Source: Myxococcales bacterium (GTDB lineage: Bacteria; Myxococcota_A; Polyangia; Polyangiales; JAFGIB01). From it: DNA of 64,000 nt. Where the stretch lies: the NCBI GenBank assembly GCA_050118535.1, contig JASFKR010000006.1, positions 689 through 64,688 of the forward strand, in the 5' to 3' direction. Below, piece after piece: positions 20,180-29,605 of this stretch. Within the stretch, counting starts at the first letter, position 1. Every line of letters starts with the position of its first letter. The notes beneath the pieces are model-generated. The model saw only the letters and a list, made by a program, of their open reading frames with translations. It made no database searches and was not told the DNA's origin. The position numbers and the translations under genes were made by a program.

Positions 20180-22477
20180 TCACGACTCGTCGAAGAGGAC
20201 GGGCTCGCTCTCGAAGTCGCGCGCGCTGTGGACCATGAGCGTGGTGGGCAGCTCGGCCAGGATTGCGTTCATGCGATCGAAGAAGGTGTCCGCGCTGTCC
20301 TCGTCGATGGGCTCGGGCAGCTTGAAGCCGACGATGGCCAGGTCACAGCTCGCGCTCTCCTCGCGCATGATCTCGGGGATGCTCCGGTCGCCGCGCCGGA
20401 TGACCCGCGCGCGGGCCGTCAGGCGCGCCGCCCGGATGACCCGCTCCACGCCGGCCGAGGCCTCCCGCTCCTCGGCCTCGTTGTTGACCACCGTCATCAG
20501 CCGCACGCGCGCGTTGCGCAGGCGCATGTCGGCGGTGAGCAGGAATGCCAGCAGTAACATCAGCCCGCCGTTGCGCTCCAGGCCGCCCCACCAGATGTGG
20601 ATCTCCGGGCGTGCCTTCGAGCGCGGCGCCTGGCGGGGCGCGGCATCGAGCAGCAGCCCGCCCTTGTGGTGGACCAGGATGACGGAGCGGTCGAGCCGGG
20701 TGAGGTCGTCGAGCATGTGCAGGAAGGGCACTCTGCGATCGACCTTGCGCGGCCAGCCGACGAGTACCGCGTTGGACTCCAGGCTGCCGACGCCGTAGGC
20801 CTGGGCCGTGGTGACGATGCCCCGATAGATGTCCTCCACGATGTCGACCCGGTAGAAGACGTTGGGAAAGCGCTCCGAGACGGTCCGCCCCGCGCTGCGG
20901 ATCAGATCCTTGCGGTGTTGGGCATGCTCGGCGACGGTGCCCTTGACCAGGTGGGCGTAGCTTACGATGCCGCGCTCCTGCACCATGGCGCTGCCCAGGC
21001 GCAGCAGGTGGGCGCGCTTGTCCGGGTGGCCGCCCAGGATCAGCAGGTTGGGCCGCCAGTTGAGCGGGTGAAACTCCGCCTCCTGCAGATGGTGCAGGGC
21101 GCTGCGCACCAGGGCCGACCAGATCCCGTGCCGGGCGTCGCCGTAGGTGGTGCCGAGAACCCGTCGCTGGGTGAGCAGGTAGATACCGCTGCAGACGAGC
21201 AGGGCCGCGAACATGGCGGCCATGTTGATGATGCTCATCACGTAGAAGCAGGCCAGGGCGCCGAAGAGGCTGACGGCGGCCGGCACCTTGAAGTCCGGGC
21301 GGAAGCTGGGGCTGGCGGCCCAGCGCTCGAGCCCGCAGGCCAGGTTGGTGAAGCCGTAGGTGACCAGGAAGAACATGGTCAGCACCGGGGCGATCACGTC
21401 CAGGTTGCCCAGGATGATGCCGGTCTCGGCCAGGGCGAAGGTCAGCAGCAGCCCCGCCACCGGCTCCTGGTTCTTGCCGTAGCCGCGCCCGAAGACGCGC
21501 GGAACGTGCCCGTCCTGGGCCAGGGCCTGCAGCGTGCGCGGCGCGGTGAGCACGCTCGCCAGGGCGCTCGACAGGGTGGCCGCCCAGACGCCGACGTAGA
21601 TGGCCGAGGGGAAGGCCGCGATCTTCCACACCACGTTCAGGTCGTCCTGCATCTCCTGCAGGCTCACCTGTCGCACCAGGAAGAAGGGGATGACCAGGTA
21701 GACCACCATGCACACCAGGATCGCTGACAGGGTCCCGCGGGGGATCGAGCGGCGCGGGTCCTTCAGGTCGCCCGACATGCTCACGCCCGCCATGATCCCC
21801 GTCACGGCCGGGAAGAAGACCGCGAAGACTTCGGTGAAGCCCTTGCCGTTGGGGCTGGTCCAGGCGATTTCGGCGGGCGGGCTCTCGCCCGTGCCCATGA
21901 AGAAGGATACGAGCGAGACGGCGATGGCGATCATGACGAAGAACTGCGCCTTGATCGCCAGCTCGGCGCTCTTGATCGACAGCGCCGTGAGCCCCACGAC
22001 CACGGCCGTGCCCACCACCTTCTCCATTGTCACCCCGGGCAGCACCTCCGCCGCCAGGCCGGGGACGATGGCCGTGATCGACTCGGTGAAACCCACGATG
22101 TAGAAGGTCACCCCCAGGGCCTGGCCCAGGAACAGGGGGATGCCGATGGCGGCGCCGGCCGGCGCGCCCAGCGACCGGCTGATCATGTAGTAGGCGCCGC
22201 CCGCGCCCACCGTGCGGTTGGTGGCGATGCTCGCGACGGACAGGCCCGTGGCCAGCGAGATCATGTGTGAGACGAGCACGACCAATAGGGCGCCGGCCAG
22301 TCCCTGGTGGCCGACCACCCAGCCGAAGCGCATGTACATGACCACGCCCAGGATGGTCAGGACGCTGGGCGTGAAGACGCCGCCGAAGGTGCCGAAGCGA
22401 CCCGCCTGGGGGGTCAGCGTGTCGTCCTGACTCGTCTCGGAGCGGGCGTGATCGTTCACGGCCCCGGAAGATCTCAC
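20180..22477 (-). CDS. Cation-chloride cotransporter (SLC12/CCC-like, APC superfamily)
   Basis: FGTFGGVF..ILGV.MYMRFGW, GGAYYMISRSLG, FFPAVTGIMAG.SMSGDLKDP, NWRPN and IHIWWGG. Confidence 0.9.
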   Translation of the reverse strand: MRSSGAVNDHARSETSQDDTLTPQAGRFGTFGGVFTPSVLTILGVVMYMRFGWVVGHQGLAGALLVVLVSHMISLATGLSVASIATNRTVGAGGAYYMISRSLGAPAGAAIGIPLFLGQALGVTFYIVGFTESITAIVPGLAAEVLPGVTMEKVVGTAVVVGLTALSIKSAELAIKAQFFVMIAIAVSLVSFFMGTGESPPAEIAWTSPNGKGFTEVFAVFFPAVTGIMAGVSMSGDLKDPRRSIPRGTLSAILVCMVVYLVIPFFLVRQVSLQEMQDDLNVVWKIAAFPSAIYVGVWAATLSSALASVLTAPRTLQALAQDGHVPRVFGRGYGKNQEPVAGLLLTFALAETGIILGNLDVIAPVLTMFFLVTYGFTNLACGLERWAASPSFRPDFKVPAAVSLFGALACFYVMSIINMAAMFAALLVCSGIYLLTQRRVLGTTYGDARHGIWSALVRSALHHLQEAEFHPLNWRPNLLILGGHPDKRAHLLRLGSAMVQERGIVSYAHLVKGTVAEHAQHRKDLIRSAGRTVSERFPNVFYRVDIVEDIYRGIVTTAQAYGVGSLESNAVLVGWPRKVDRRVPFLHMLDDLTRLDRSVILVHHKGGLLLDAAPRQAPRSKARPEIHIWWGGLERNGGLMLLLAFLLTADMRLRNARVRLMTVVNNEAEEREASAGVERVIRAARLTARARVIRRGDRSIPEIMREESASCDLAIVGFKLPEPIDEDSADTFFDRMNAILAELPTTLMVHSARDFESEPVLFDES

Positions 22478-22528
22478 GTCGCCGCGCCGTCGGCAAACCC
22501 GACTTTGCGGGGGCGATGGTAGGGTCGG

Positions 22529-23389
22529 GTGATGGGCATGCTATCGGATGCGGACCGGGGGCTGGTATTTCGGGGCGACAACCTGCAAGTGCTCGAGCGC
22601 CTCGACGACGGCAGCGTCGACCTGATCTACATCGACCCGCCGTTCAACACGGGCAAGCGCCAGACCCGGCGCACGCTGCAGACCGAGCGCGCGGCCGAGG
22701 GCGAGGGCGATCGCACGGGCTTCGGTGGCCAGCGCTACCAGACCCGGGAGCTCGCCCGCCGGGCCTACGGCGATCGCTTCGACGACTACCTGGCCTTCCT
22801 CGAACCGCGCCTGCGCCACGCCCACCGGGTGCTGTCGCCGAGCGGCAGCCTCTACTTCCACATCGACTACCGCGAGGCCCACTACTGCAAGCTGCTGCTC
22901 GACGAGATCTTCGGGCGGGAGAGCTTCCTCAACGAGATCATCTGGGCCTACGACTTCGGCGGTCGGCCAAAAAACCGCTGGCCGGCCAAGCACGACACCA
23001 TCTTCTTCTACGCCAAGGAGCCGGGACGGCACGTCTTCAACCTGGACGGCATCGACCGCATCCCCTACATGGCGCCGGGCCTGGTCGGCCCCGAGAAGGC
23101 GGCCAGGGGCAAGCTGCCCACCGACACCTGGTGGCACACCATCGTCAGCCCCACGGGCAAGGAAAAGCTCGGCTACCCCACGCAAAAACCCCTGGGCGTC
23201 CTGCGCCGCATCGTCGCCGCCTCGTCGCCGTCCGGCGGCCTGGTTCTCGACTTCTTCGCCGGCAGCGGCACCACCGGCGCCGCCGCCCTCGAGCTCGGCC
23301 GTCGCTTCATCCTCGTCGACGAAAGCGAAGAAGCCATCGCCGTCATGCGACGCCGCTTCGAGGGTCAGCCCCAGGTGCGCTTCGTGTGA
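22529..23389 (+). CDS. Orphan site-specific DNA methyltransferase (N6A/N4C, beta class)
   Basis: LIYIDPPF catalytic motif precedes YPTQKP and VLDFFAGSGTT SAM motif. Confidence 0.92.
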   Translation: MMGMLSDADRGLVFRGDNLQVLERLDDGSVDLIYIDPPFNTGKRQTRRTLQTERAAEGEGDRTGFGGQRYQTRELARRAYGDRFDDYLAFLEPRLRHAHRVLSPSGSLYFHIDYREAHYCKLLLDEIFGRESFLNEIIWAYDFGGRPKNRWPAKHDTIFFYAKEPGRHVFNLDGIDRIPYMAPGLVGPEKAARGKLPTDTWWHTIVSPTGKEKLGYPTQKPLGVLRRIVAASSPSGGLVLDFFAGSGTTGAAALELGRRFILVDESEEAIAVMRRRFEGQPQVRFV

Positions 23390-23390
23390 G

Positions 23391-25022
23391 CTACTTCGCG
23401 GTGGGTAGCTCGTAGTCCGCGAACTGGTCGCGCAGGGCGCGTTTTTGGATCTTACCGGTGGCGGTGTGCGGGATCTCGTCCACGAAGGCCACGTCGTCGG
23501 GCATCCACCACTTGGCGATCTTGCCCGCGAGGAACTTCAGCACGTCGTCCTTTTCCACGTCGGCGCCTTCGGCGCGCACGCAGATCAGCAGCGGTCTCTC
23601 GTCCCACTTGGGGTGGGCGACGCCGATGACGGCGGCCTCGGCGATCTTGGGGTGGCCCACGGCCAGGTTCTCGATCTCGATTGAGCTGATCCACTCGCCG
23701 CCGCTCTTGATCACGTCCTTGGCCCGGTCGGTGATCTGCATGAAGCCCTGCCCGTCGATGTGGGCCACGTCGCCGGTGTCGAAGAAGCCCTGCTCGTCCA
23801 GGATCTGGCCGCCCTCGCCCTTGAAGTAGCTGCGGGCGATGGCCGGACCGCGCACCACCAGCCGGCCGAAGCTCTCGCCGTCCCGCGGCAGCTCCTTGCC
23901 GTCGTCGTCGATCACCTTCATCTCGACCATGTAGGGCGCGCGGCCCTGCTTGAGCTTGTAGCGGAGCTGCTCCTCGTAGGGCAGCTTCTCCATGCCCGGC
24001 TTCATGGCCGAGAAGCTCCCGAGCGGGCTCATCTCGGTCATGCCCCAGCCGTGGGTGACGGTCACGCCGTAGTTCTTCTCGAACTTCTCCACGATGGTCC
24101 GGGGCACCGCCGAGCCGCCGATCATCACGCGGTTTAGGGAGCTGAGCTTCAGGTCGTTTTCCTCCATGTGCTGCAGCAGCATCAGCCACACGGTGGGCAC
24201 CGCGGCGGTGAAGGTTACCTGCTCCTGCTCCAGCAGCTCGTGGACGCTCTTGCCGTCCATGCCCGCGCCCGGCATCACCAGCTTGGCGCCGGTCATGGGC
24301 GCGGCGAAGGCGATGGCCCAGGCGTTGGCGTGGAACATGGGCACCACGGGCATGACCGCGTCGGCCGCCCGCAGGCCGAAGGCGTCGGCCTGGCTGACGG
24401 TCAGGGCGTGCAGCACGTTGCTACGGTGCGAATACAGCACCCCCTTGGGGTTGCCGGTGGTGCCCGACGTGTAGCACAGGCCGCAGGCGGCGTTTTCATC
24501 CAGCTCCGCCCACTCGATGTCCTCGTCGCTATCGGCCAGCAGATCCTCGTAGCAGATGGCGTTCTTCAGCGACGTCTCGGGCATGTGCTCGTGGTCGGTC
24601 ATGACCACCCAGCCTTTGACGTTCGGACACTGGGCCTCGATGCCCTCGCAGATCTTCACGAACGTCAGGTCGGTGAAGACGTATTTGTCCTCGGCGTGGT
24701 TGACGATGTAGACCAGCTGCTCCGCGAAGAGGCGCGGGTTGAGCGTGTGGCACACCGCGCCGATGCCCATGATGCCGTACCAGGCCTCCATGTGCCGGTG
24801 GGTGTTCCAGGCCAGCGTGGCCACCACGTCGCCCTCGCCGACGCCCAGCTTCGTCAGGGCCTTGGCGCAGCGCTTGGCGCGCCCGTAGAGGTCGGCGTAG
24901 GTGTATCGGTGAATCGGGCCCTCCACCGTGCGGGTCACCACCTCCTGCTCCGGGTGGTTGATCCGGGCGTGCTCCAGGATCGTCGGCACCAGCAGGGGCC
25001 ACTTCTGCATCAAACCATCCAT
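23391..25022 (-). CDS. Medium/long-chain acyl-CoA ligase (AlkK/DmdB-like)
   Basis: [44 protein letters not shown]; GGAGGTG RBS before ATG 25022. Confidence 0.93.
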   Translation of the reverse strand: MDGLMQKWPLLVPTILEHARINHPEQEVVTRTVEGPIHRYTYADLYGRAKRCAKALTKLGVGEGDVVATLAWNTHRHMEAWYGIMGIGAVCHTLNPRLFAEQLVYIVNHAEDKYVFTDLTFVKICEGIEAQCPNVKGWVVMTDHEHMPETSLKNAICYEDLLADSDEDIEWAELDENAACGLCYTSGTTGNPKGVLYSHRSNVLHALTVSQADAFGLRAADAVMPVVPMFHANAWAIAFAAPMTGAKLVMPGAGMDGKSVHELLEQEQVTFTAAVPTVWLMLLQHMEENDLKLSSLNRVMIGGSAVPRTIVEKFEKNYGVTVTHGWGMTEMSPLGSFSAMKPGMEKLPYEEQLRYKLKQGRAPYMVEMKVIDDDGKELPRDGESFGRLVVRGPAIARSYFKGEGGQILDEQGFFDTGDVAHIDGQGFMQITDRAKDVIKSGGEWISSIEIENLAVGHPKIAEAAVIGVAHPKWDERPLLICVRAEGADVEKDDVLKFLAGKIAKWWMPDDVAFVDEIPHTATGKIQKRALRDQFADYELPTAK

Positions 25023-25159
25023 CACCTCACCTCCACGCTCGTCCACGATGGGCGGCGGCCTCCGGCCTGCCGCGGGAGCACGATCCTTAGGCAAAGGCGC
25101 CCGACAACGCAATCGCGTCGGGGCTGGCGCGCCCGCTGCGGGCATGAAAAAACACATGC

Positions 25160-26455
25160 ATGGGTGATCGAAGCCATTTTGAGCGCCCCCGCTGGCGGTG
25201 GGCGCTGCTCGGCTGCGCCATCGCGCTCGCCGGCTGCGCCAGCGCCCCTCCGTCGGAGCTGAAGACGGCGCTCGACGCCGGCGACGTGAGCGAGGCGCTG
25301 CGCGTCCACGAGGCGGATCCCAGTGCCCGCGGCCTGCGATCGATCGCCGAGGTCGTGCTCGAGCGCGAGGCCCGGGGCGACGATCTGGCCAGCCGCCGCA
25401 GGACCTTCGCCGCCCTGCGCGGGGCGGGCACGGCGGCGCGGCACGTGCTGTGGGAGCTGTCGCAGAAACCCGGTGAGCCGGCGGTCATCGCGCAGGCGCT
25501 GCGAGCGCGCGTGCAGCTCGGCGACGATCGCGCCCGCGAGTGGCTTGCGGCCATGGCCGATAGCGACGAGACGGCCGTGCGCGCGGCGGCGATGGCGGCG
25601 CTCGACCCGGAGCGCGACGCGGCGCGACTGGGTGCGGCGCTGGCCGCGGGCTTCGCGCCCGTGCGCGAGGCGGCCCTCCGACGGCTGAAGGGCTCCGTGC
25701 CGGACGCGGAGCTGCGTCGCACCGTGGCCGCCGTGGCGGCGGCCGACCCGGACGCCACCGTCCGCGCCACGGCACTGCGAGTCCTGGCGAGCGACGGGCA
25801 GGCCTTCGACCTGATCGAGCGCAGGCTCGACGACCCCGCCTTGCCGGTGCGCCTGGCGGCGGTGCGCGCGCTCATCGCGACCGATCACCAGCGCGCCCTC
25901 TCCCGGCTGCAGCCCCTGCTGCACGGAGACCTCTCACCCGAGGGAATCGAGCTGGCCCGCGCGCTGCTCTCCAGCGTCGGCGACCCGCCACCGCGGGCGG
26001 CGGTCGAGCTGCTGCAGCGCGCCATCGCGAGCGACGAACAGGCGCTGCGCCTGCGGGCGACCACCGCGGTCAGCTCGTTGCCGGCGCTGCCCGCCGAACT
26101 GGCCGCGAGCGTCCGCACTCGCCTAGGCGACGAGACCTTGCACGAGGCGCGGCTGTTGCTGGCCCTCGCGCTGCCGCCCGCCACGCCGGCGGCGACCCGA
26201 GCGCTGCGCGCCCTGGCGGAGCGGGACGACCAGGTGGGCGCCCAGGCCCTGGCGGAGCTTGCGCGCCGGGGCGACGGACAGGCGGCCGGCAAGTTGACCT
26301 CGCTGCTCGATCACGAGCAAGCCGCCGTGCGCGCGCTTGCCGCGACGGTGCTCGCCCGCGACCTGGGAAGACCGCACGAGGCCCGGCGGGCGCTCATCGA
26401 CCCGGAGGCGGTCGTGCGGATCCGCGCGGCGGCCGCGATCCTGGCCGCGGGCTGA
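25160..26455 (+). CDS. HEAT-repeat lipoprotein
   Basis: LAGC lipobox; repeated D..VR.AA...L units. Confidence 0.75.
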   Translation: MGDRSHFERPRWRWALLGCAIALAGCASAPPSELKTALDAGDVSEALRVHEADPSARGLRSIAEVVLEREARGDDLASRRRTFAALRGAGTAARHVLWELSQKPGEPAVIAQALRARVQLGDDRAREWLAAMADSDETAVRAAAMAALDPERDAARLGAALAAGFAPVREAALRRLKGSVPDAELRRTVAAVAAADPDATVRATALRVLASDGQAFDLIERRLDDPALPVRLAAVRALIATDHQRALSRLQPLLHGDLSPEGIELARALLSSVGDPPPRAAVELLQRAIASDEQALRLRATTAVSSLPALPAELAASVRTRLGDETLHEARLLLALALPPATPAATRALRALAERDDQVGAQALAELARRGDGQAAGKLTSLLDHEQAAVRALAATVLARDLGRPHEARRALIDPEAVVRIRAAAAILAAG

Positions 26456-26474
26456 GCGTCCGGAGGTGCGTCGG

Positions 26475-26825
26475 TCAGCGCTCGTCGAGCAGGCGCTGGA
26501 GGTTTTCGCGGCCGCCGACGATGTCGACGAAGGCCACGCCCAGGCCGTGACGGCGGCCGTGGCGGGCGCGCACGCGGCGGGTGACGACGCCGTGGGCCAC
26601 GACGGGCTCGGAGGCCCCGTTGATGTTGAGCATCACGTCGACCTGCTGGCCGTGCTCGAGGGGCACGGCGGTGCGCAGGAACAGGCCCCCCGCGCCCAGG
26701 TCGGCGGTGGGGCCGTAGATGGCGGCGCCCTCGTGCTCGAGCCAGCAGTCGCAGCGCACGGCGTAGCGCGCGTAGCGTCGACGCTCACGTGAATCGGGCT
26801 TGCGTTCAGCGATGAAGGACTGCAT
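26475..26825 (-). CDS. PilZ-domain protein
   Basis: RRYAR (RxxxR), DLGAGG and GLGVAF. Confidence 0.85.
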   Translation of the reverse strand: MQSFIAERKPDSRERRRYARYAVRCDCWLEHEGAAIYGPTADLGAGGLFLRTAVPLEHGQQVDVMLNINGASEPVVAHGVVTRRVRARHGRRHGLGVAFVDIVGGRENLQRLLDER

Positions 26826-26937
26826 CGGGCGTGCCGTGTCGACCCTTGCCGACGTGCATCTGGACAGAATCGATGCCAGCGTGCAAGAAGCCTCGCAACC
26901 TTCCCGCGAGCGTGTCATGCGCGAGCCGGCCTTCGAG

Positions 26938-27399
26938 ATGTGGCAGAAATTCGGAAGAAACTGGCGTCGTGTAGCCTGGCTGATCCTCTTTCTGTCCCCC
27001 GCACTGGTCATCGGTTGCAGCAAAAAAGATGATCGCGCGCAGGCCCGCGCCCTGCTCGATCGAATTTCGAGCCTGGACTTGAACGCGTCCGATGCGGCGC
27101 GAGAGTCACGCCTGCGCGAGTTGGAGGCGATGCCCCTGCGCGACCACGCGCTGCGTGCGGTGCGCGAGGTGTGCCTCGAGGCCCACCGCGGGCTGCTGGC
27201 CGCCGAGCGCGAGCAGGCGCGGGCGAGGGCGGCGGTGGAGGCGCTGGAAGCCCGCTATCCGGACGGCGGCTTGCCCCAGGCGGAGGGCGCGCCCGTGCTG
27301 GCGAGCCTGGCCCACAGCATCGAGACCCTGAAGGATGCGCACGCGGCGCTGCCCGAGTGTCAGAAGCGCAGCCGGGAGCTGGCGAGGCGTGCCCGCTGA
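26938..27399 (+). CDS. Hypothetical helical lipoprotein
   Basis: Basic N-terminus, hydrophobic stretch, VIGC lipobox. Confidence 0.65.
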   Translation: MWQKFGRNWRRVAWLILFLSPALVIGCSKKDDRAQARALLDRISSLDLNASDAARESRLRELEAMPLRDHALRAVREVCLEAHRGLLAAEREQARARAAVEALEARYPDGGLPQAEGAPVLASLAHSIETLKDAHAALPECQKRSRELARRAR

Positions 27400-27469
27400 G
27401 CCGACTGCTCAGGTGCGGCGCCGCGCTCGGGGTGGAATCCGCGGGCCGGCAGGTGCATTAACCGGGATC

Positions 27470-28153
27470 ATGTCCCGACGTGCCATCAGCCGGTGGCTGT
27501 CCGTCGTGCTGCTGCTGGCGGCCTGCGGCAACCCGGTGCCGGCGGAAGACCCCGGCGCGGGCGCTCCGGGCCCCGCCTCCGGTGACGCGCCGGCCGCGAC
27601 GCGGGAGCGGGGCGAGCCCGTGAAGCCGCCCTTCGCCGTGGAGGGCGACGCCGAGGGGCTGATGCTGGTGTGGTTCGACGAGCAGGGCGTTCACGGCGCC
27701 GATCGTCGCTCCCAGATCCCGCCCGCGCGCCGCGCGATGGTGCGCGTGAAATCCCTGTCGGTGCCGCCCGACCAGCGGCTCGATCCCGAGCACGTCTACG
27801 TGGCCGACCTGCGGAAGCCCGGTCCCGACGGGAGCTATCCAGTGGTCAAGCACTCCCGCGCGTTCTTCGACGCCCAGGTCGACGCGGCCCGTCCGGCCCA
27901 GGCCGCGGACGTGGTCATCTACAAGGCCTCCTGGTGTGGCGTGTGCCGCTCGGCGGCGGCGTACCTGCGATCGCGGGGCGTCGACTTCGTGGAAAAGGAC
28001 GTGGAGAAGGACCCCGGCGCGCAGCAGGAGATGCAGCGCAAGGCGCGGGCCGCCGGCAAGACCCCGCGCGGCGTGCCGGTGATCGACTTCGACGGGGAGA
28101 TCTTGCTGGGCTTCGACAAGGCCCGGCTCGCGCAGCTGATCGACGCCCGCTGA
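27470..28153 (+). CDS. Glutaredoxin (NrdH-like) domain lipoprotein
   Basis: LAAC lipobox; WCGVC, EKDVE, GVPVI and GF motifs. Confidence 0.85.
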   Translation: MSRRAISRWLSVVLLLAACGNPVPAEDPGAGAPGPASGDAPAATRERGEPVKPPFAVEGDAEGLMLVWFDEQGVHGADRRSQIPPARRAMVRVKSLSVPPDQRLDPEHVYVADLRKPGPDGSYPVVKHSRAFFDAQVDAARPAQAADVVIYKASWCGVCRSAAAYLRSRGVDFVEKDVEKDPGAQQEMQRKARAAGKTPRGVPVIDFDGEILLGFDKARLAQLIDAR

Positions 28154-28183
28154 GGGACGACCCACCCACGAGGTCCGGCAGTG

Positions 28184-29470
28184 TCAGCGGCGCGAGCTGC
28201 CCGGCGATCCGAAGAGCAGCGGGCCGACGGTCTTGCGCACGGCCGGCGTGCTGAAGGCGTAGAAGCAGCGGTCGTAGTAGTAGTGCAGGAAGTTCAGCGC
28301 GAAGAAGATGCCGATGACCACACCGGCGAGAAGCTTGGCGCCCACGCCGTTCATCATGAAGGCCTCGGTCGTGGGCAGAGGCGTCAGGTTTCCGGCCCGG
28401 TCGAGGGGCTCGAAGAAGAGATAGAAGAGCACCGTGAGCGCCAGCAGCGGCGTCACGCGCAGCACCACCTTGCGCAGGGCCGAGATGGTGTCGCCCGCCT
28501 GGGCCCTGTAGGCGTTGACGGTGACGCGTCCGAACAGGCCGACCGAGACCATCCAGTGGTGGAAGACATAGCTCAGGAAGAAGAGCCCGAGCGCATGGGG
28601 AAACCAATACAGCAGCACCGTGTGCGAGCCGACCAGCAGGTAGAACATGGCCTTGGGGATCGACCGCCGCGGGTGGCGCAGCTCCCGCACCAGCGCGAAC
28701 GTCGTGGCCGCACTGCCCACCACGAACGCGCCGCCGGCGGCCCATTCCAGCCAGGGACCCTGATAGGTGGACAGGGCCGTGCCGTGCAGCAGCACCTCGC
28801 GCTCGACGTCGAAGCCCAGGCACACGTAGAGCACCATGTTGGCACCCAACATCAGCCCGACCGTGAACAGGCGGTCGAAGCGCTTGTCCTCGGGCGTGCT
28901 CTGCTTCGCGCGCACCCGGTAGATCGACAGCACGCCGAACTCCTGCGCGCAGAAGTGCCAGCGCTCCCACAGCACCATCACGTAGGCCAGCACGAAGAAG
29001 CCCCACAGCTGTGAGGTCGCGTTGGGCATGAAGGAAAAGCTGTTGTGGAACGCGAACGCCGTCGACAGCAAGATGCACCCCAGCAGGATCGCCGCCGGCA
29101 CCAGGATGTAGCGGCGCCGGTCCTTGCGGATCTCGTCGCGCAGGATGGGGGTGCCCAGCACCGCGTAGGTCGTGGTCAGCCGGTGCAGAATGCTCAGGGG
29201 CAGATAGATCGCCGCGATCTTGGCTGCATCGAAGCCGGGAGATTCGAGCGTCAGGGGCTGGCCCGAGGTGGCCTTCAGCCAGAGGTAGATCAGCACCGAC
29301 AGCACGGGGGCCCAGAGCCCGGAGAACATCCAGACGCCGTCCCACAGGGGTGACTGGATCCACTGTCCCGCCATCGCCGCCCGCGCGGGGGCGGCCGAGC
29401 GGCTCGCATCGGCGAGGCCCGGGGCCGCGCTCTCGGCCACCTTTCCGTGCGCAGGAGACACCGCGTTCAC
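28184..29470 (-). CDS. Polytopic membrane protein with His motifs (putative metal-dependent membrane enzyme)
   Basis: About 9-10 TM segments; LHR, WHFCAQEFG, FHHW and LHYYYD; start uncertain (GTG 29470). Confidence 0.65.
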   Translation of the reverse strand: MNAVSPAHGKVAESAAPGLADASRSAAPARAAMAGQWIQSPLWDGVWMFSGLWAPVLSVLIYLWLKATSGQPLTLESPGFDAAKIAAIYLPLSILHRLTTTYAVLGTPILRDEIRKDRRRYILVPAAILLGCILLSTAFAFHNSFSFMPNATSQLWGFFVLAYVMVLWERWHFCAQEFGVLSIYRVRAKQSTPEDKRFDRLFTVGLMLGANMVLYVCLGFDVEREVLLHGTALSTYQGPWLEWAAGGAFVVGSAATTFALVRELRHPRRSIPKAMFYLLVGSHTVLLYWFPHALGLFFLSYVFHHWMVSVGLFGRVTVNAYRAQAGDTISALRKVVLRVTPLLALTVLFYLFFEPLDRAGNLTPLPTTEAFMMNGVGAKLLAGVVIGIFFALNFLHYYYDRCFYAFSTPAVRKTVGPLLFGSPGSSRR

Positions 29471-29605
29471 GCCGTAATTATCGCAACCCGACAGGCGGGA
29501 GGCAATGCGATGACGCAAAGCCACGGCGGGGCACAGGCGCGCAGCAGTAAGGCGACGTGGGCGTCGCGGTTACCCATGCGACCCGTCGTCGGCGCGGCGG
29601 TAGCG

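Noticed and set aside
22529-23389. Restriction-modification system
   Set aside because: No endonuclease gene and no space for one next to the MTase
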